Positions 62,710 to 64,000 of a stretch of DNA of 64,000 nucleotides are shown here, one piece after another; the stretch's first letter is position 1; the number at the start of each line of letters is the position of its first letter. The DNA is from Podarcis cretensis (Eukaryota), in contig OX638156.1 in NCBI GenBank assembly GCA_951804945.1, forward strand, positions 62,000,001 to 62,064,000, in the 5' to 3' direction. The translations under genes and the position numbers were made by a program. Under the pieces are notes generated by a model that saw nothing but the letters and a program-made list of their open reading frames with translations, was not told the origin of the DNA and made no database searches.

Positions 62710-64000
62710 CAGTGGTGCCTCGCAAGACGAAATTAATTTGTTCCGCGATTTTTTTCGTCTAGCGAATTTTTCGTCTTGTGAAGCACAAAATCCCATAGGA
62801 ATGCATTGAAAATCAATTAATGCGTTCCTATGGTCAAAAAAAGTCCAAACAAAGCCAAATTTGGTACAAAAAGAGTTTATTAACTGCTCTTTAAAGTCAC
62901 ACATACTGTAAAGAGCATTTCAAAAACTGAAGGAACAATAAATTAAGTTTATAAACATGACAGAAAAACATTTAAAAATCAACAAAGTGTACAGTACATT
63001 TTCTAAGACTCTGGGGGGCCACTCGAAGAAGGCTTCTCTTCCACTCTTTGCTTCTTGCTCAAGAACCTGTCCATAGTCTGCTGCTTCATCCGCCTTTTCA
63101 GCACCTCCCTGAAAGGCGACATGACCGTCGTATCGTAAGTGTTCCCAAGGTCATGTGCCACGTGCTTGTCAGGGTGGTGCCACTCTGCAAAAGCCTGCAC
63201 CTCCTTCCACTTCAGGCAAAATGTCCCTCAGTTGTTTGGAGGACAGCCGTTCCTCAGTTGCTTCCTCCTCTTCCAGCGAGGCCCGCTCCTGCACAGCCTC
63301 TGCCTGCAGTTCGACCAGCTCCTGGGTGGTCAGCTCGTGGTCGTGCTCCTCCACCAGCTCGCAGACGTCCTCCTCTGTGACCTCCAGGCCCATGGTCCTC
63401 CCCAAGGCAACAATGTCCTGCACCACTGTTGACTCTGGTGCATCAGAATCACTTGGTGCCACACAGTCTGGCCACAGGCTGCGCCAAGCGCAATTCAAAT
63501 TTCTCTGGCTGAGCCCGTTCCAGGCCGTGGTGATCATCTTCAAGCAGGTGACAATGTCGAAGTGGTCCTTCCAGAATTCCCGCAGGGTGATGGTGGTGCA
63601 ATCAGTCACCTCGAAGCATCGCCTGAAAAGCTCCTTGGTGTAGAGTTTTTTGAAATTGGCGATGACCTGCTGATCCATCGGCTGGAGCAGTGGCGTGGTG
63701 TTAGGTGGCAGGAACATGATGTTGATGAAGCTGAACTCCTCCAACAAGTCCACCTCAAGGCCTTTAGGATGAGCAGGGGCATTGTCCATCAGAAGCAAAG
63801 CCTTCAGCGGCAGGTCATTGTCCAGCAGGTACTGTTTGACAGCAGGGCCAAAAGCAAGATTGACCCAGTCCACAAACAGCACACGTGTGACCCAAGCCTT
63901 ACTGTTGGATCGCTGCTCCTTGTCCACCTTGTGTCTCTTGAAGGCCCGTGGGTTCTCCGAGTGGTACACCAGCAGGGGCTTGATCTTCAGGTTGCCGCTT
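62710..64000 (-). mobile_element. pogo/Tigger DNA transposon; 3' TIR in the window, 5' part beyond it
   Basis: TA plus TIR cagtggtgcctcgcaagacg at 62710, minus-strand AATAAA at 62876-62881, transposase upstream. Confidence 0.92.
63003..64000 (-). pseudogene. Tigger-family DDE_1 transposase C-terminal half (DD36D), frameshifted
   Basis: Motifs KPLLVYHSENPRAFK, SKAWVT, LLLMDNAPAHP, FLPPNTTPLLQPMDQQVI. Removing one base from the A4 run at 63218-63221 joins ORFs 63169-63969 and 63003-63200. Confidence 0.9.

Noticed and set aside
63048-63643. Plus-strand ORFs over the transposase
   Set aside because: Antisense shadows of a GC-rich coding sequence.

Overview
Vertebrate genomic DNA, almost certainly from a squamate and probably a lacertid lizard, judged by the repeat complement (Sauria SINE, BovB, Squam3-like CORE SINE, squamate CR1/L2 3' ends). 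It reads as intronic or intergenic. I found no supportable host exon or RNA gene, and there are three assembly N-gaps. Recognisable coding sequence is all transposon-derived: L1 ORF2 C-termini, BovB and CR1 ORF2 C-termini, and a pogo/Tigger DD36D transposase running off the right edge. The most notable items are: (1) a 246-bp TSD-flanked Penelope-type foldback insertion whose 100-bp arms each encode a type-I hammerhead ribozyme, one per strand; (2) a two-copy, TSD-less 0.6-0.8 kb element with a terminal hairpin and an asymmetric inverted repeat (Helitron2/Helentron-like, or a DIRS/Ngaro solo repeat); (3) a twin-primed L1 with a visible re-priming stutter; (4) two solo LTRs, one carrying an ORF and one a 55-bp CCAAT array; (5) CTCF-like motifs and repeat-free blocks resembling conserved non-coding elements. 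Repeat family names come from recalled consensus features, not a database search.
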